A stretch of 64,000 nt of DNA, from NCBI RefSeq assembly GCF_902713615.1, contig NC_052160.1:46404719-46468718 (forward strand), in the 5' to 3' direction. Made by a program: the position numbers and the translations under genes. This DNA comes from Scyliorhinus canicula. Lineage: Eukaryota. Positions 1 through 12,006 of this stretch are shown piece by piece. Positions within the stretch are counted from its first letter, which is position 1. Each line of letters starts with the position of its first letter. A model generated the notes under the pieces. The model worked only from the letters and a program-made list of their open reading frames with translations, was not told the origin of the DNA and made no database searches.

Positions 1-288
1 TGCATTTCAAATGGCTACATCTATCCATTAGGGCAAACAAAGCTTCGGTTCAATGTTGTTAAAAGATAGCATCTCTAACAATGCAGCACTCCCTCCTCGA
101 GCCAGGTGCGTCCAAGATGGAATTTAGACCGGTGCAGCGAGGTGATGCTACGATGGGAGTGTCAACCTAAATAGTGTACTCAGAGTCTGGCATTTATGGA
201 TCTAATACGCAAGGTCCAATTGATATTCTATAATTGCATGCGTCAAGGAAGTGTCCAGCTTTCAATTGCTATATTGAAGGAAAAGACA

Positions 289-637
289 GGGCAGCACGGT
301 AGCATTGTGGATAGCACAATCGCTTCACAGCTCCAGTGTCCCAGGTTCGATTCCGGCTTGGGCCACTGTCTGTGCGGAGTCTGCACATCCTCCCCGTGTG
401 TGCGTGGGTTTCCTCCGGGTGCTCCGGTTTCCTCCCCCACAGTCCAAAGATGTGCAGGTTAGGTGGATTGGCTATGATAAATTGCCCTTAGTGTCCAAAA
501 TTGCCCTTAGTGTTGGGTGGGGTTACTGGGTTATGGGGATAGGGTGGAGGTGTTAACCTTGGGTAGGGTGCTCTTTCCAGGAGCCGGTACAGACTCGATG
601 GGCCGAATGGCCTCCTTCTGTACTGTAAATTCTATGA
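289..637 (+). mobile_element. HE1-like V-SINE, long form with CR1-type tail
   Basis: tRNA-like head (B box ggttcgattcc), V-domain, tail gggccgaatggcctccttctgtactgtaaattctatga. Confidence 0.9.
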
Positions 638-751
638 AATAACAAGCGTTGGTCTATTAATTCCATGAATTCAATTGTTTATGTGAATATTTTTCTCTCT
701 TCCCCCCCCAACGCGCCCCCTCCCCCTCCCCAACGCCTTTACAAAATGCAG

Positions 752-912
752 GAATTACTGCCACCTGATATTCAGGCTCAGTTTGGTGCCAGCAGGGAGT
801 TGATTCGAAACATCTACAACAGCTTCCGTAAGCTGAGGGACCGGGCCGAGAGAATGGCAAACCGATCTGCCGAGAATGCCACTGATCTCATGTTGTTTGG
901 GAAGGAATTGAG
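752..912 (+). CDS. SNX8: Sorting nexin-8, internal coding exon (BAR region); upstream exons lie outside the window
   Basis: Acceptor cag|, translates ELLPPDIQAQFGASRELIRNIYNSFRKLRDRAERMANRSAENATDLMLFGKEL, donor AG|gtaaat; closely resembles vertebrate SNX8. Confidence 0.95.
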
Positions 913-1573
913 GTAAATTATGAAACTGTGTGATGATGTGGGTTCAGTTATGTCACAATCTATTTGCCTGCTGTTGCGACCTGTCTTTGGGTTTTTAGCA
1001 ATTTTTAAAAACCTGCTATTGTCGCCCTTGCCAGTCCTGTGTCATGTGCTCTTCTTTGCTTCTGAGCCCCTACAGCTCAGACTGGCTTTGGGGGAGGAGA
1101 GCAATGTTTTTTGCTTTTCTTTTTAAAATCCCCTTTTCCCTTATCTCAGTCAGTTCTCTCCATCTATTTATCTCTTGCTGTCTCTTTCCTACTTTCTCTG
1201 GGTGTGGGTGTGTGTGTGTTTCTCTATCTGTCTCTCACACACCGCCTACCCCCATTTTGCTGGGTGCACACTTGTACTGTTGGAGGGTTAATCTGGGATG
1301 GCCAGTATTTCACTTCTTGCAGCTGGGCACAGGTTTGAAACCTGCACTGTGTGCCGTGCAGAGGGTGGTGATGTATTTCTGTGTATTTCTGCTTGGGCGG
1401 AGGGAAGAGTTCAGCCTGGGTGTCTGGTGATGGAGATAACACGGAACAACCCATTTGCTTGGGATGTATCCCATAGCTCTGGAGTGGGGGGTGCGTCTTG
1501 CATAGTTCACCATTGAAAAGTTACTGGGAGTGGAGGTTTTAAGGGGTACATTTACAAGCTGTGCCAGTTATTT

Positions 1574-4500
1574 TTTTTTTTTAATAAATGTTTTTATTAA
1601 AGCTTTTTCCAACCAACTATTTTACATAACAAAAATAAACGAGAATTATTAAACAAAACAAGGTGGGTGTTATCTTTACACAAAACAAAGTTCACATTAT
1701 TAATAATTCTCTCCCCCCCCCCCCCCCCCCCCCCCCGGGGATGCTGCTGCTGCTGACATTTACTGCTCCCCTAGAAAGTCAAGGAAAGGTTGCCACTGCC
1801 GGGAGAACCCCATCAAGGACCCTCTCAAGGCGAACTTTATTCGCTCCAGTGCTGAGGAACCCAGCTATATCACTATCCAAGGTCTCCACACTCAGGGCTT
1901 TCGAGTCCCTCCACATTAACAAGATCCGTCTCCACGGCGCTGAGGTCCCAGGTTCGATCCCGGCTCAGGGTCACTCTCCGTGTGGAGTTTGCACATTCTC
2001 CCCGTGTCTGCGTGGGTTTCGCCCCCACAACCCAAAAATGTGCAGAGTAGGTGGATTGGCCATGCTAAATTGCCCCTTAATTGGAAAAAATAATTGGGTA
2101 ATCTAAATTTATAAAAAAAAAACAAGATCCGTCTCCAGGCTACCAGGGAGGCAAAAGCCAATACCTCGACCTCTTTCGCTTCCTGCACTCCCGGATCCTC
2201 TGACACCCCAGATATCGCTATTGTTGGACTCGCCTGCACCCGAGTGTCCAAAATCCTAGACATGGCTCTCGCAAAGCCCTGCCAGAATTCTTTAAGCGCC
2301 GGGCAAGCCCAAAACATATGGGCATGGTTCGCCAGACTCCCTGCTCACCTCGCGCACCTGTCCTCCACCCCAAAGAACTTGCTCATTCTCCCCGTCGTCA
2401 TGTGAGCCCGGTGCACCACCTTAAACTGAATTAAGCTGAGCCTGGTATGTGATGAGAAGGAATTTACCCGGCCCAGGGCATCAGCCCACAGGCCCTCATC
2501 CAGCTCCTCCTCCCACTTGCCATTCAACTCCTCCACTGAGGCTTCCTCCGCCTCCTGCAGCTCCTGATATATGTCCGACACCTTCCCCTGCCCTACCCAG
2601 ATGCCAGACACAAGCCTGTCCTGCATCCTATGTGGGGGCAGCAGCGGAAATGTCCCCACCTGCTTTTTAAGAAAGTCCCGAACCTGGAGGTACCTGAACG
2701 CATTTCCCGGGGGCAGGCCGACCTCCTTCAGCGCCTGCACCCTGGGGAAAGTCCTGTCTATAAACAGGTCTCCCATTCTCCTAATGCCTGCCCTATACCA
2801 GCCTTGGAACCCCCCATCCTCCCGGAGCAAATCTGTGGTTATTCCGTATCGGGGTCCACACTGAGGCCCCCTCCTCCTGCCTATGCCTTCTCCACTGCCC
2901 CCAAATCCTCACTGCCGCCGCCACCACCGGACTTGTGTTGTATCGCGCCGGCGAGAACGGCATCAGCGCCGTGACTAGTGCCCCTAGGCAGGTGCCTCTG
3001 CATGATGCCGCCCCATCTCCATCATCCACTTCCTAATCATGGCCACATTGGCCGCCCAATAATAGCTGCAGACGTTCGGCAGAGCCAGTCCTATAATCCT
3101 ATTCACCTGCTTAAAAAAGGACTTTGGGATGAAAATGGGGAGGCACAGAAAAACGAAGAGAAACCTGGGGAGAACCGTCATCTTCACAGTCTGCACCCGT
3201 CCCGCCAGGGAAAGCGGGAGCATGTCCCACCTTTTAAAATCTCCCTCCATCTGCTCCACCAGCCGGGTTAAGTTGAGCCTGTGCAGGGCATCCCAGTTCC
3301 TAGCCACTTGTATCCCCAAGTACCGAAAACTCCTCTCCACTATCTTGAGCGGAAGCTCCCCCAGTCTCTCTTCCTGGCCCCTAGCGTGGACCACGAACAG
3401 CTCACTCTTTCCCCACATTCAACTTGTACCCCGAAAAGCTCCCAAAGTCCTTTAGGGTCAACATGACCTCCCCATCCCCTCTAGTGGGTCCGAAATATAC
3501 AATAGCAGGTCATCCGCGTAGAGGGAAACCCGGTGTCCCTTTCTCCCCCACACTGCGCACCAGCCCCCTCCAGTCCCTTGAAGTCCTGAGCGCTATGGCC
3601 AACGGCTCAATTGCCAGGGCAAACAGCAATGGGGACAGGGGCACCCCTGCCTCGTCCCCCGATGCAGCTTGAAATAGTCCGACCTTAGCCGGTTCGTGGA
3701 CACACCTGCTACAGGGGCCTGATACAGGAACTTGACCCACCCTATAAATCCCTCACCAAATCCAAACCTGCTTAACGCTTCCCACAGGTACTCCCACTCC
3801 ACCCTGTCAAAGGCCTTCCCCGCATCCATTGCAGCCACTACTTCCGCATCTCCCCCTCCAAGGGCATCATGATAATGTTCAGGAGCCTCCTCACATTCGT
3901 GTTCTGCTGCCTGCCCTTGACGAAACCCGTCAGATCCTCCTCAGTCACTCCCGGGACACAGTCCTCTATTCTGGTGGCCAGAATTTTTGCCAACAATTTA
4001 GCGTCTACATTCAGGAGCGATATCGGCCTGTCGGACCCACATTGGAGCGGATCCTTCTCCTTGTTCAAAAGAAGCGAAAACAATGCCTGCGACATCGTCG
4101 GGTGGAGGTCCCTCTCTCCTTTGCCTCATTAAAGGTTCTTTGCAGGATTGGGCTCAGCAGCTCCGAGAACTTCTTACAGAATTCTACAGGGAAGCCATCC
4201 GGCCCCGGGGCCTTGCCCGACTGCATGCTTGCCAGCCCCTTAACTACCTCCAATTCAATCGGGGCCCCCAACCCCTCCACTTGCTCTGCTTCCACCCTCA
4301 ATCGAGGCCCCCTTCCCCTCCCCTCAGGGATTCCGACTCGTGCAGCTTCCCGTAGAACTCCCTGAGGACTTTGTTAACCCTCTCTGGGCTCAACACTGTG
4401 TTGCCTTCCTTATCCCGCACTGCCCCAATCTCCCTAGCTGTCTCCCTCCTGCGCAATTGGTGCGCCAGCATCCTACTCGCCTTCTCCCCATACTTGTAGA

Positions 4501-4689
4501 CTGCCCCTTTCACTTTCCTCAACTGTGCCTCCACCTTCCCCGTGGTCAGCAAGTCGAACTCCGCCTGCAGTTTCCACACCGGTCTTCGCCTCCAAGTGCC
4601 GCCCCCGCCCCGTTTAGCGGCCCGAAATCCCGATCTCGGCGGGAGCTGCCGTGAATGCGACCTAGCAGGTCATGGTCGCCACCGGAAGT
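1574..4689 (-). mobile_element. L1/Tx1-clade LINE, degenerate and internally deleted
   Basis: ORF2 fragments (PGPDGFP, RPISLLNVDAK, KAFDRVEW, SLYADD at ~3510-3525), poly(A) tail, 19-bp TSD caagctgtgccagttattt at 1555-1573 and 4690-4708. Confidence 0.93.
1935..2120 (+). mobile_element. Short poly(A) V-SINE, 5'-truncated, nested in the L1
   Basis: V-domain plus A tail; 17-bp TSD aacaagatccgtctcca at 1918-1934 and 2121-2137. Confidence 0.9.
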
Positions 4690-5680
4690 CAAGCTGTGCC
4701 AGTTATTTAAGAATGGAAACTGTTCCAGTCAATCTCCAAAAGCTGTGTTCAGTGAGCAGAGGTTGAATCATCAGAAATTCAAAAGCCATAGCAGTGATTA
4801 ATTATGGCAATACAAAATACCAAGAAAGGGAGGCCAAAGAGGTAGCGGGTGGAGGAAGAATAGAAAGAATGTTTTTCACCAGGCTGTGAGATTGGAAACA
4901 GCTGTAGCTTGTTTTTACAGGAGTGAATTTACGGAGAGCTTTAAGTTGCAGGGTCAGAGACTGAAAGAGACTCAAAATAGCAACCACCCCCATTCCCCAG
5001 GAGAAGCTCAGGGGCCATCCTGAAGTGAGCAGAGAAATGGTTCTGGCACAGCAAAGAAGGAAATGCTTGTGCTGATTGAACTCAAGGCTCTTGAAGACTG
5101 AGGGGGCTAATAAAGCCGAGCAAAATGGTACTGCATGCACTGTTTTTAAGGTGGCAACCAAGATTAAATTGTTTTAAAGTTTAACCTACATTGCTACTAT
5201 TAAAATAAGAAAGAACTTGCATGGTTCCTTTCACAATCTTAGGATGTTTCAAAGTGCTTTTCAGGCAGTGAAGTACTTTTAAAATGTAGTCACTATTAAG
5301 TAATACAATAATTTTATTGCAGGGTCATGACCTATTTAGAAAATCCTAGGCATGACCAATTCTTATCTTTCTAAAACATATTTATTCCAATGATATGGGT
5401 TTCATTGGAAAGGTTGGCATTTATTGGCCCTATAGTTGTCTTTGAGGAGGTGGCGGTGAGCCACTGCCTTGAACCACTGCAGTTTGTGTGGTGAAGGTGA
5501 TCTCAAAGTGCCATTAGGAAGGGAGTTGAAGAATTTTGACCTTGCAGCGAAAGAGTACCACAATCAATATATGTCCACGTCAGACGGCGCGTGACCAGGA
5601 AGTAATGTTTTTCTAATGTGCTTCTCAACCCCTGTAATGTGTACATTTTGTTTCTCCAATCTTCTCCATCTGTACCTCAG

Positions 5681-5813
5681 TACCCTGGGCTCTGATACAA
5701 CTCCAGTTCCATCATGGGCAACAACAGCAAGCAACACATGGGGTACCCTGAAGCAAGCCCTTAAAGGCTTATCTGTGGAGTTTGCATTACTCGCCGATAA
5801 AGCTGCACAGCAG
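5681..5813 (+). CDS. SNX8: Sorting nexin-8 coding exon ending in a GC donor
   Basis: Acceptor ctcag|, (S)TLGSDTTPVPSWATTASNTWGTLKQALKGLSVEFALLADKAAQQ, donor CAG|gcaagt; phase fits both neighbouring exons. Confidence 0.93.
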
Positions 5814-5869
5814 GCAAGTCCAGTAATTAATCACTGCCTTCTGCCATTGGGCTACAAAGGAAGAAATAT

Positions 5870-6292
5870 CTGACATTTACAAAGTGCCTTTCATTACTAA
5901 GGACATCCCAAAGTACTTTCCGGCCAATGAAATATTTTTGAAGTGATGTTATGTAAAAAATAGTAGCAGTCAATTAGTGCACAGCACGATCTCCCAAAAA
6001 CAGTGTGATAATTACCAGATAATCTGTTCTGTCTAATGTTGATTGAGAGTTAAAATTGGCCAGAGCACTGAGGGGAACACCTTGCTCTTATTGGAACAGT
6101 GCCATGGCATCTTTTAAAGCCTTTGTTTAATGTCTCTTCCAAAAGATGATAGCTTTGACAGTGCAGCGCACATTCAGTGGTGCACTGGGATTGTCAGTCG
6201 AGATTTTGTGTTCAAGGCTCTGGAATGAGACATGAACCCATAATCTTCCGAATCCAAAGCAAAGGCGCTACCCATTGAGCCACAGCTGACAC
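5870..6292 (-). mobile_element. Old DeuSINE/SacSINE1-like element
   Basis: Aligns by eye with the copies at 33795-34207 and 61828-62215. Confidence 0.65.
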
Positions 6293-6441
6293 TATTGGTA
6301 TTAGCAATTGTACATTGTATCCATGTAATTGGGAACTTGTAATCCAAGGTCAGTAACAGTCAATTGGAGATCCATATTGAGTGCATCTGCACTACACCAA
6401 GCTTCTGATGTGACTTTCTGCTTTACATTTAGAAGGCAAAT

Positions 6442-6790
6442 ATTTAGATTTAGATTTAGAACAGTACAGCACAGAACAGGCCCTTCGGCCCTCGATGTTG
6501 TGCCGAGCAATGATCACCCTACTCAAACTCACGTATCCACCCTATACCCGTAACCCAACAACTCCCCCTTAACCTTACTTTTAGAACACTACGGGCAATT
6601 TAGCATGGCCAATCCACCTAACCCGCACATCTTTGGACTGTGGGAGGAAACCGGAGCATCCGGAGGAAACCCACGCACACACGGGGAGGACGTGCAGACT
6701 CCGCACAGACAGTGACCCAGCCGGGAACCGAACCTGGGACCCTGGAGCTGTGAAGCATTGATGCTAACCACTATGCTACCGTGTTGCCCC
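6442..6790 (-). mobile_element. HE1-like V-SINE with a (tctaaa)n CR1-type tail
   Basis: Full head, V-domain, tail gggccgaagggcctgttctgtgctgtactgttctaaatctaaa. Confidence 0.9.
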
Positions 6791-6955
6791 TATATGTCTC
6801 CGAGTGGCTGGATTAGGAATGACATGGGACCGTAATGGCAAATCAGTCACAAGTGATGAGTGGGTCAGAGACACAGAAGGAGGAACAAATGAACTTTAAT
6901 TGGAGTGTAGAAACATGTTGCACAGTTTTTACGTTTGTTTCCATGCCTTGAATAG

Positions 6956-7024
6956 GGTAAGCGAGAAGAGGAGGAAGTGGTGGAAAAACTCAATCTCTTC
7001 CTGGATTTATTGCAGTCCTACAAG
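6956..7024 (+). CDS. SNX8: Sorting nexin-8 coding exon (69 nt)
   Basis: aatag|GKREEEEVVEKLNLFLDLLQSYK|gtcagt; not in the ORF track, read manually. Confidence 0.93.
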
Positions 7025-7476
7025 GTCAGTGCTACCAGGGTGGATTGTATTTGAAGCATGTCAGACACATATTGTCTGATCCCAAATGGGTCAGTAAGAA
7101 TGCGGAAATGTCAATGGTTTTATGTTTCGAATATAACCTTTAGAGTTCTGACGACGCATACACCTGGTTTGAACAATTGTGATTTTAGATTTATTTTTAA
7201 ATTAGTTTAGCAATACTACTCATTATTCCAAGCAGAAAGGCTGGTCTGGCCTGGCCTTCTGGCAGCTGAGAGTTCCCCATTCCAGTACTCCGGTAAGCAT
7301 TGGTGACCCATCTGACCAGCTGGCAGTAGGATGGAGCTGATGATGTATCTACAGGATGAGACTAGATAGAAATTATTAAATTTTGGGTCAGTTGTGGGGA
7401 TGCATTTTTATTTTAGAGATTCTTCAATTTCCTAAATTGAATTTAAATTGCCTGAATTTGGATCTCTTGCTTTCAG

Positions 7477-7626
7477 GACTTGTGCGAGCGTCATGAGAAA
7501 GGTGTCCTTCATGAGCACCAACGTGCATTACAGAAATACAGCTCCATGAAGCGGCAGATGATGAGTGTAACTGTGCAGAACAAGGAACAGATTTCTGTGG
7601 AGCAACTGGAATCACGAATTGTACAG
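7477..7626 (+). CDS. SNX8: Sorting nexin-8 coding exon (150 nt)
   Basis: tttcag|DLCERHEKGVLHEHQRALQKYSSMKRQMMSVTVQNKEQISVEQLESRIVQ|gtgctc. Confidence 0.95.
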
Positions 7627-8860
7627 GTGCTCTGCTCCTCCTTCACGTTTGCCGTTGTAGACTAGTCTGACCATGAGACATTTAGTGTAGCCTTCCATTG
7701 CCGTGTCAAATTGCCTTTTCTTAATGTGAGAATCCAATGAGTATTAGCTGGTTCCTTGATTAAGGGTGGGACCCAACAAAAATGAGGTATTGCTTCGATG
7801 AAGAGAAACTGATTGAATTGTGTGAATGAGTTAAAGATTTGATGATTGCATGAGTCTTGGGTGTTGTGAGCATGGAAGAGTGTACTAATCAATTTGAATG
7901 CAGAGGAGAATTGAGTAAAAGCTTGCTCTTAATGTTGAGAAAGTGATCATAAGCCACTCATGTTTTGCTGAGGTCTGCAAGTGCAAGGTTCCTTCAAGAA
8001 AGTAAACCAGTGTTGTTGGTTGAATGACATTGAGTTGGGGTTTTCAAATGACAATGACTTGCATTTATTTAGTGCTGTTAGCATAGTAAAGTGTCCTGAG
8101 GTGTGTCACAGAAACTTAATCAAGCAAAGTTTGACAGCATGCCACATAAGGTGATTTTGCAGATAGAGGTAGGTTTTAAAGAGTATCTTACATAAAAAGA
8201 GAGCATGAGCAGCAGAGAGAAATTCACACCTTGGGGCCTTTGTAGCTGAAGGCACATATGCCAATGGTGGAATGATTAAATTTGAGGCGGGACAGCTCCG
8301 AGATCTTGGAGAGTTTTAGAGCCAGAGTAGATTACTTAGAAAGGTAGAGGCAAGTCTGTGAAAGGTTTTGAACACCAGGATGAATATTTAAAAATGAGGA
8401 ATTTCTGGACATGGAGCCAACGTACGTCTATTGAAAAAGTGATAAGGGAGGAAGCTGGCGATGCAACGTTTTAAGGTCCTTGAAAAAAACACATTAAATT
8501 GAAACATTTAGGGAGAGATTTGATAATTTAGGAAATGTTGGAAGAATTAAGCCGGATAACGGCCTTCAAACTAATCCTTAACAGGAGTTGAGGGGAGGAT
8601 GGTGAAAGAAATGTCATAATACCACACACACAAACCCAGCTGCCAATTCCAAAATCCCATTTGTAACCTTTCTGTGGTGCTGTCACCAAGACCATGAATA
8701 TTTAAAAAGTAGCCTGGGTTTGGAGATGCCATAAAGGTTCGTGGCCTCTCATCAGATTGGCAATAAACTGCTGGCAAACTCTGTTTGGAGCGGAAAGCGC
8801 ACTTTTGTAGTTTCTGTTCCTTTTCCTCTAACGTTAGCTTCAACTACGGTCTCATTACAG

Positions 8861-9010
8861 CAAGAAAATACAATCTTGACCATGGAGCTCCGGAACTATT
8901 TCTCAATGTTTTGCCTACACCAGGAGACTCAACTCATCCACATCTACCTGCATATCACCTCTCATGTGCTGACTGCCTTCATTGATTCCCAGATCCAAGG
9001 ACACCGAGAG
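8861..9010 (+). CDS. SNX8: Sorting nexin-8 coding exon (150 nt)
   Basis: ttacag|QENTILTMELRNYFSMFCLHQETQLIHIYLHITSHVLTAFIDSQIQGHRE|gtatga. Confidence 0.95.
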
Positions 9011-9078
9011 GTATGACTGGACCTTCAGTGGTGGCTAATATTTTTTCTTGTTATTCCTCCTATGTTTGCGAAGAACAT

Positions 9079-9318
9079 GGGCAGCACGGTGGCCTAGTGG
9101 TTAGCACAGCCGCCTCATGGCGCTGAGGTCCCAGGTTCGATCCCGGCTCTGGGTCACTGTCCGTGTGGAGTTTGCACATTCTCCCCGTGTCTGCGTGGGT
9201 TTCGCCCCCACAACCCAAAAATGTGCAGACTAGGTGTATTGGCCACGCTAAATTGCCCCTTAATTGGAGAAAATAATTGGGTAATCTAAATTTATAAAAA
9301 TTTAAAAAAAAAATAAAA
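9079..9318 (+). mobile_element. Short poly(A) V-SINE
   Basis: 15-bp TSD atgtttgcgaagaac at 9062-9076 and 9319-9333. Confidence 0.9.
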
Positions 9319-9664
9319 ATGTTTGCGAAGAACTCGTGTCTCCTCGTAGTTCTGCGTTGCCACCTGCCCTCTGGTACCTGGCCCACATGTCTATTCAAGC
9401 ACAAGCCTAAGAGTGTTTGGCTGTTCATCTGTGTGAGTTATCACTGCTGAGTCTAATCCTTTCTACACATTTTTGCTTATGCTTGCCAGTTCCCTCAATT
9501 AATTAAATTTCTAATTGATTAAGTTTATAATTTCACTATAACATTAGTGTTATGAAATATTGCAGTAGCATCGAATTTCCTTCAGTGCCATTTTGAACTA
9601 CTGGTTGAATTGGTAGTCACAGGTTTGTGATTTGTGTGTATTTTTTTTTCTTCCCCTGTTCCAG

Positions 9665-9790
9665 ATGAGTGAAGTGTGGAATGACTTGAAACCGAAGCTG
9701 GGAGGCCTTCTGCCCAATGGAATGCCGTCACCCCCTCTGTCCCCAGGGAATTGGCAGAGCCCAACCTCCTTTTTCCCCGCAGTGAATTGA
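9665..9790 (+). CDS. SNX8: Sorting nexin-8 last coding exon
   Basis: Polypyrimidine tract + ccag|MSEVWNDLKPKLGGLLPNGMPSPPLSPGNWQSPTSFFPAVN* (TGA 9788-9790). Confidence 0.92.
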   Translation: MSEVWNDLKPKLGGLLPNGMPSPPLSPGNWQSPTSFFPAVN

Positions 9791-11714
9791 GATGTTCCTG
9801 TATTTTTGAAGGACAATGAAGTTTTTTTCTCTTCCTCCTCCATAAAACATTCTAGATTTGTTCTCTGCAAAAGGATTTTACACACAGTATTGTTGAAAAT
9901 TGGTTACAAAACCTCAGCCAAACAGAGTTAGGGGGTAGAAAGCCAATCCATTTCTGTTGGTGACCTGCTGCTGCTTGTGCAGGGATTTTGGACTGTTGAA
10001 ATTCGTCTTTTCTCCCTTTGTTAATCTGTGTTCATGTGGATTTATGGCCAATGTTTTATTTAATTTGGAGCACAATTGCATCAAATTAATTGGGCAATTG
10101 TCTTAGTTTAGTTTAAGAAAATGTTTAGAGCAGTCCTTGAATTATTCACCATACATCAGTGGGGATGGCGAACAGCTCTGGCAGAACTACCCTCTTTCAA
10201 AAGCGTAGCTAGGATCCAGAGTACCCTGACATTCTGTATTCTAACTTCCTGGTAATTATGTACAGGCTATCATCAATAAGCAATGGTTATATAATTAGCA
10301 ATTATATTCTCCCTTGTATCATCTGCTTGAGCAGCACTGCTGGTTAACCATGAAGATCTCTTGAGATGTAGTTCTGTCCTGGGGATTAGCGGCGGCAGAG
10401 CAGGACCAGGTGATACTTTTGTAGACGTTATCAGTTTGAATCTTGGGGCTGAGGCAGGACTAGTCACATTGCTTGCTTTTTAACAGTTTATGCCACTCCT
10501 TTCTCCTCTCAAACTAGTAAATAAAGCTGAAGAATCTGATTAGAGATGCCATTAGCTATTGATTTATTTAAACCTCGTAGCCTGGGTTTAAATTGGACTG
10601 CTTAGGATTTGTCGATCTTGCTCCCAACTCCAATCTCTGCAGCCTGGGGTGTTCACTTGGACTCTGAGCCAACATGGATTTAAAGATGTATTGGTAGTTG
10701 CACCCGATGTGGACTTGTATTGATTTTGGTGTGAAAGCACTCAATAGTTGTTTTGATTGAAACTTTCCATTGCATTAGCATTCCATAAACGCACATGTGT
10801 AAAGAGTTTTCTGAAGGTGCAAAACATAACCGAATCTACAATCTTGTTTGTGAGCAAGGTCATGCCGTTTGTTAGCATGTGTGAATTCAGCTCAATTTCT
10901 CTTCTCCCGACTCAATTGCACAGAGGTTCTGCTCTGTAGAAGGTGAGATTGTTGGCTGCAAATTATCATCATTGTACAATGCCCCTTGCCAAATTGGAAT
11001 GGCAGCTTTCTTTATTCTTTTTTGAAACTATAAGATTTTCGCTTCAGTATTGTGGACTGGAAGCTCCGCTTTTCAACAGTCACGTATTTGAAATACTTTT
11101 AGATCCCGCTGAGGGTTTTGGATGGAGTCTGATGTGTTGACCTCTGAAAGCACAATGGGAAATTACAGTTTGTACATGGAACTACAATTCTTTTTTTAAA
11201 AGTTTTTCTGAAATTTTTGTTAGGAGTGAGCCAATTCCTCTCAGAAAGTTGTTTGATTATTTACTTAAAAATCTGAAATAATTTGAAGGATTTTTAAACC
11301 GGGCATAATTGGGTATATAAATGTGAGAGTAACAAGTATTGAAAAACAGGTCAGCATTTTTTAAAAAGGGAAATAACCAAATTCAGAAATGGTTCAGTTG
11401 AAATGTTAACCAGTGTTCACAGATCGATGTATTTCAGCTATTTGAAATGCAATGATTGAGCAAGGCTGTGTTGCTTACAACGTAGAACATCGTCAGACCT
11501 CTTTTTGCAAGCTACTATCTTGATGGGGATCACCTAAATCATGAGACATGTTCATGTTGATTATCAATGTTCCCTGAACTCTCAGACCTTGTAAAAACAG
11601 GAACTGATGCCATGGTGTAAACTCCCTTTATCTTGTGGGTTTTCTGTTCTGGTTCATAGCTGCTGCTCAAATTCCCAGGGTATTTGACAGTGATGGGAAG
11701 TAAAAATGGTGACG

Positions 11715-12006
11715 CCATTTTCCCCTCAACATTGAGGGAAATTTGGCGATTGCAGGTTTGACCTTATTCCAAACCATTTCAAGATAAAGTACAATAAAGT
11801 TTCAATTCTACCCAAGGATGATGAAGCCAAACTTTGAGAAGTGAACAGATCTTGTGGGTGTTGAGATGAGTGATGTTGATGAAGGGCCCTTGGGTAGGAT
11901 TAGAAGGTTGACCTTGTGGGAAATGCATTTATTGTACTTTGTCTTGAACTGGTTTGGAATCGGGTCAAACTCGCCAAATTTCCCTCAATGTTGAGGGAAA
12001 AAATGG
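11715..12006. repeat. Long imperfect inverted repeat
   Basis: Arms ~11715-11817 and ~11888-12006 are reverse complements (ccctcaacattgagggaaatttggcga / tcgccaaatttccctcaatgttgaggg and flanks). Confidence 0.9.

Noticed and set aside
289-637. tRNA-like sequences at SINE heads, and recurring ORFs such as GHCLCGVCTSSPCVRGFPPGAP
   Set aside because: They are SINE heads and bodies, not tRNA genes or a protein family
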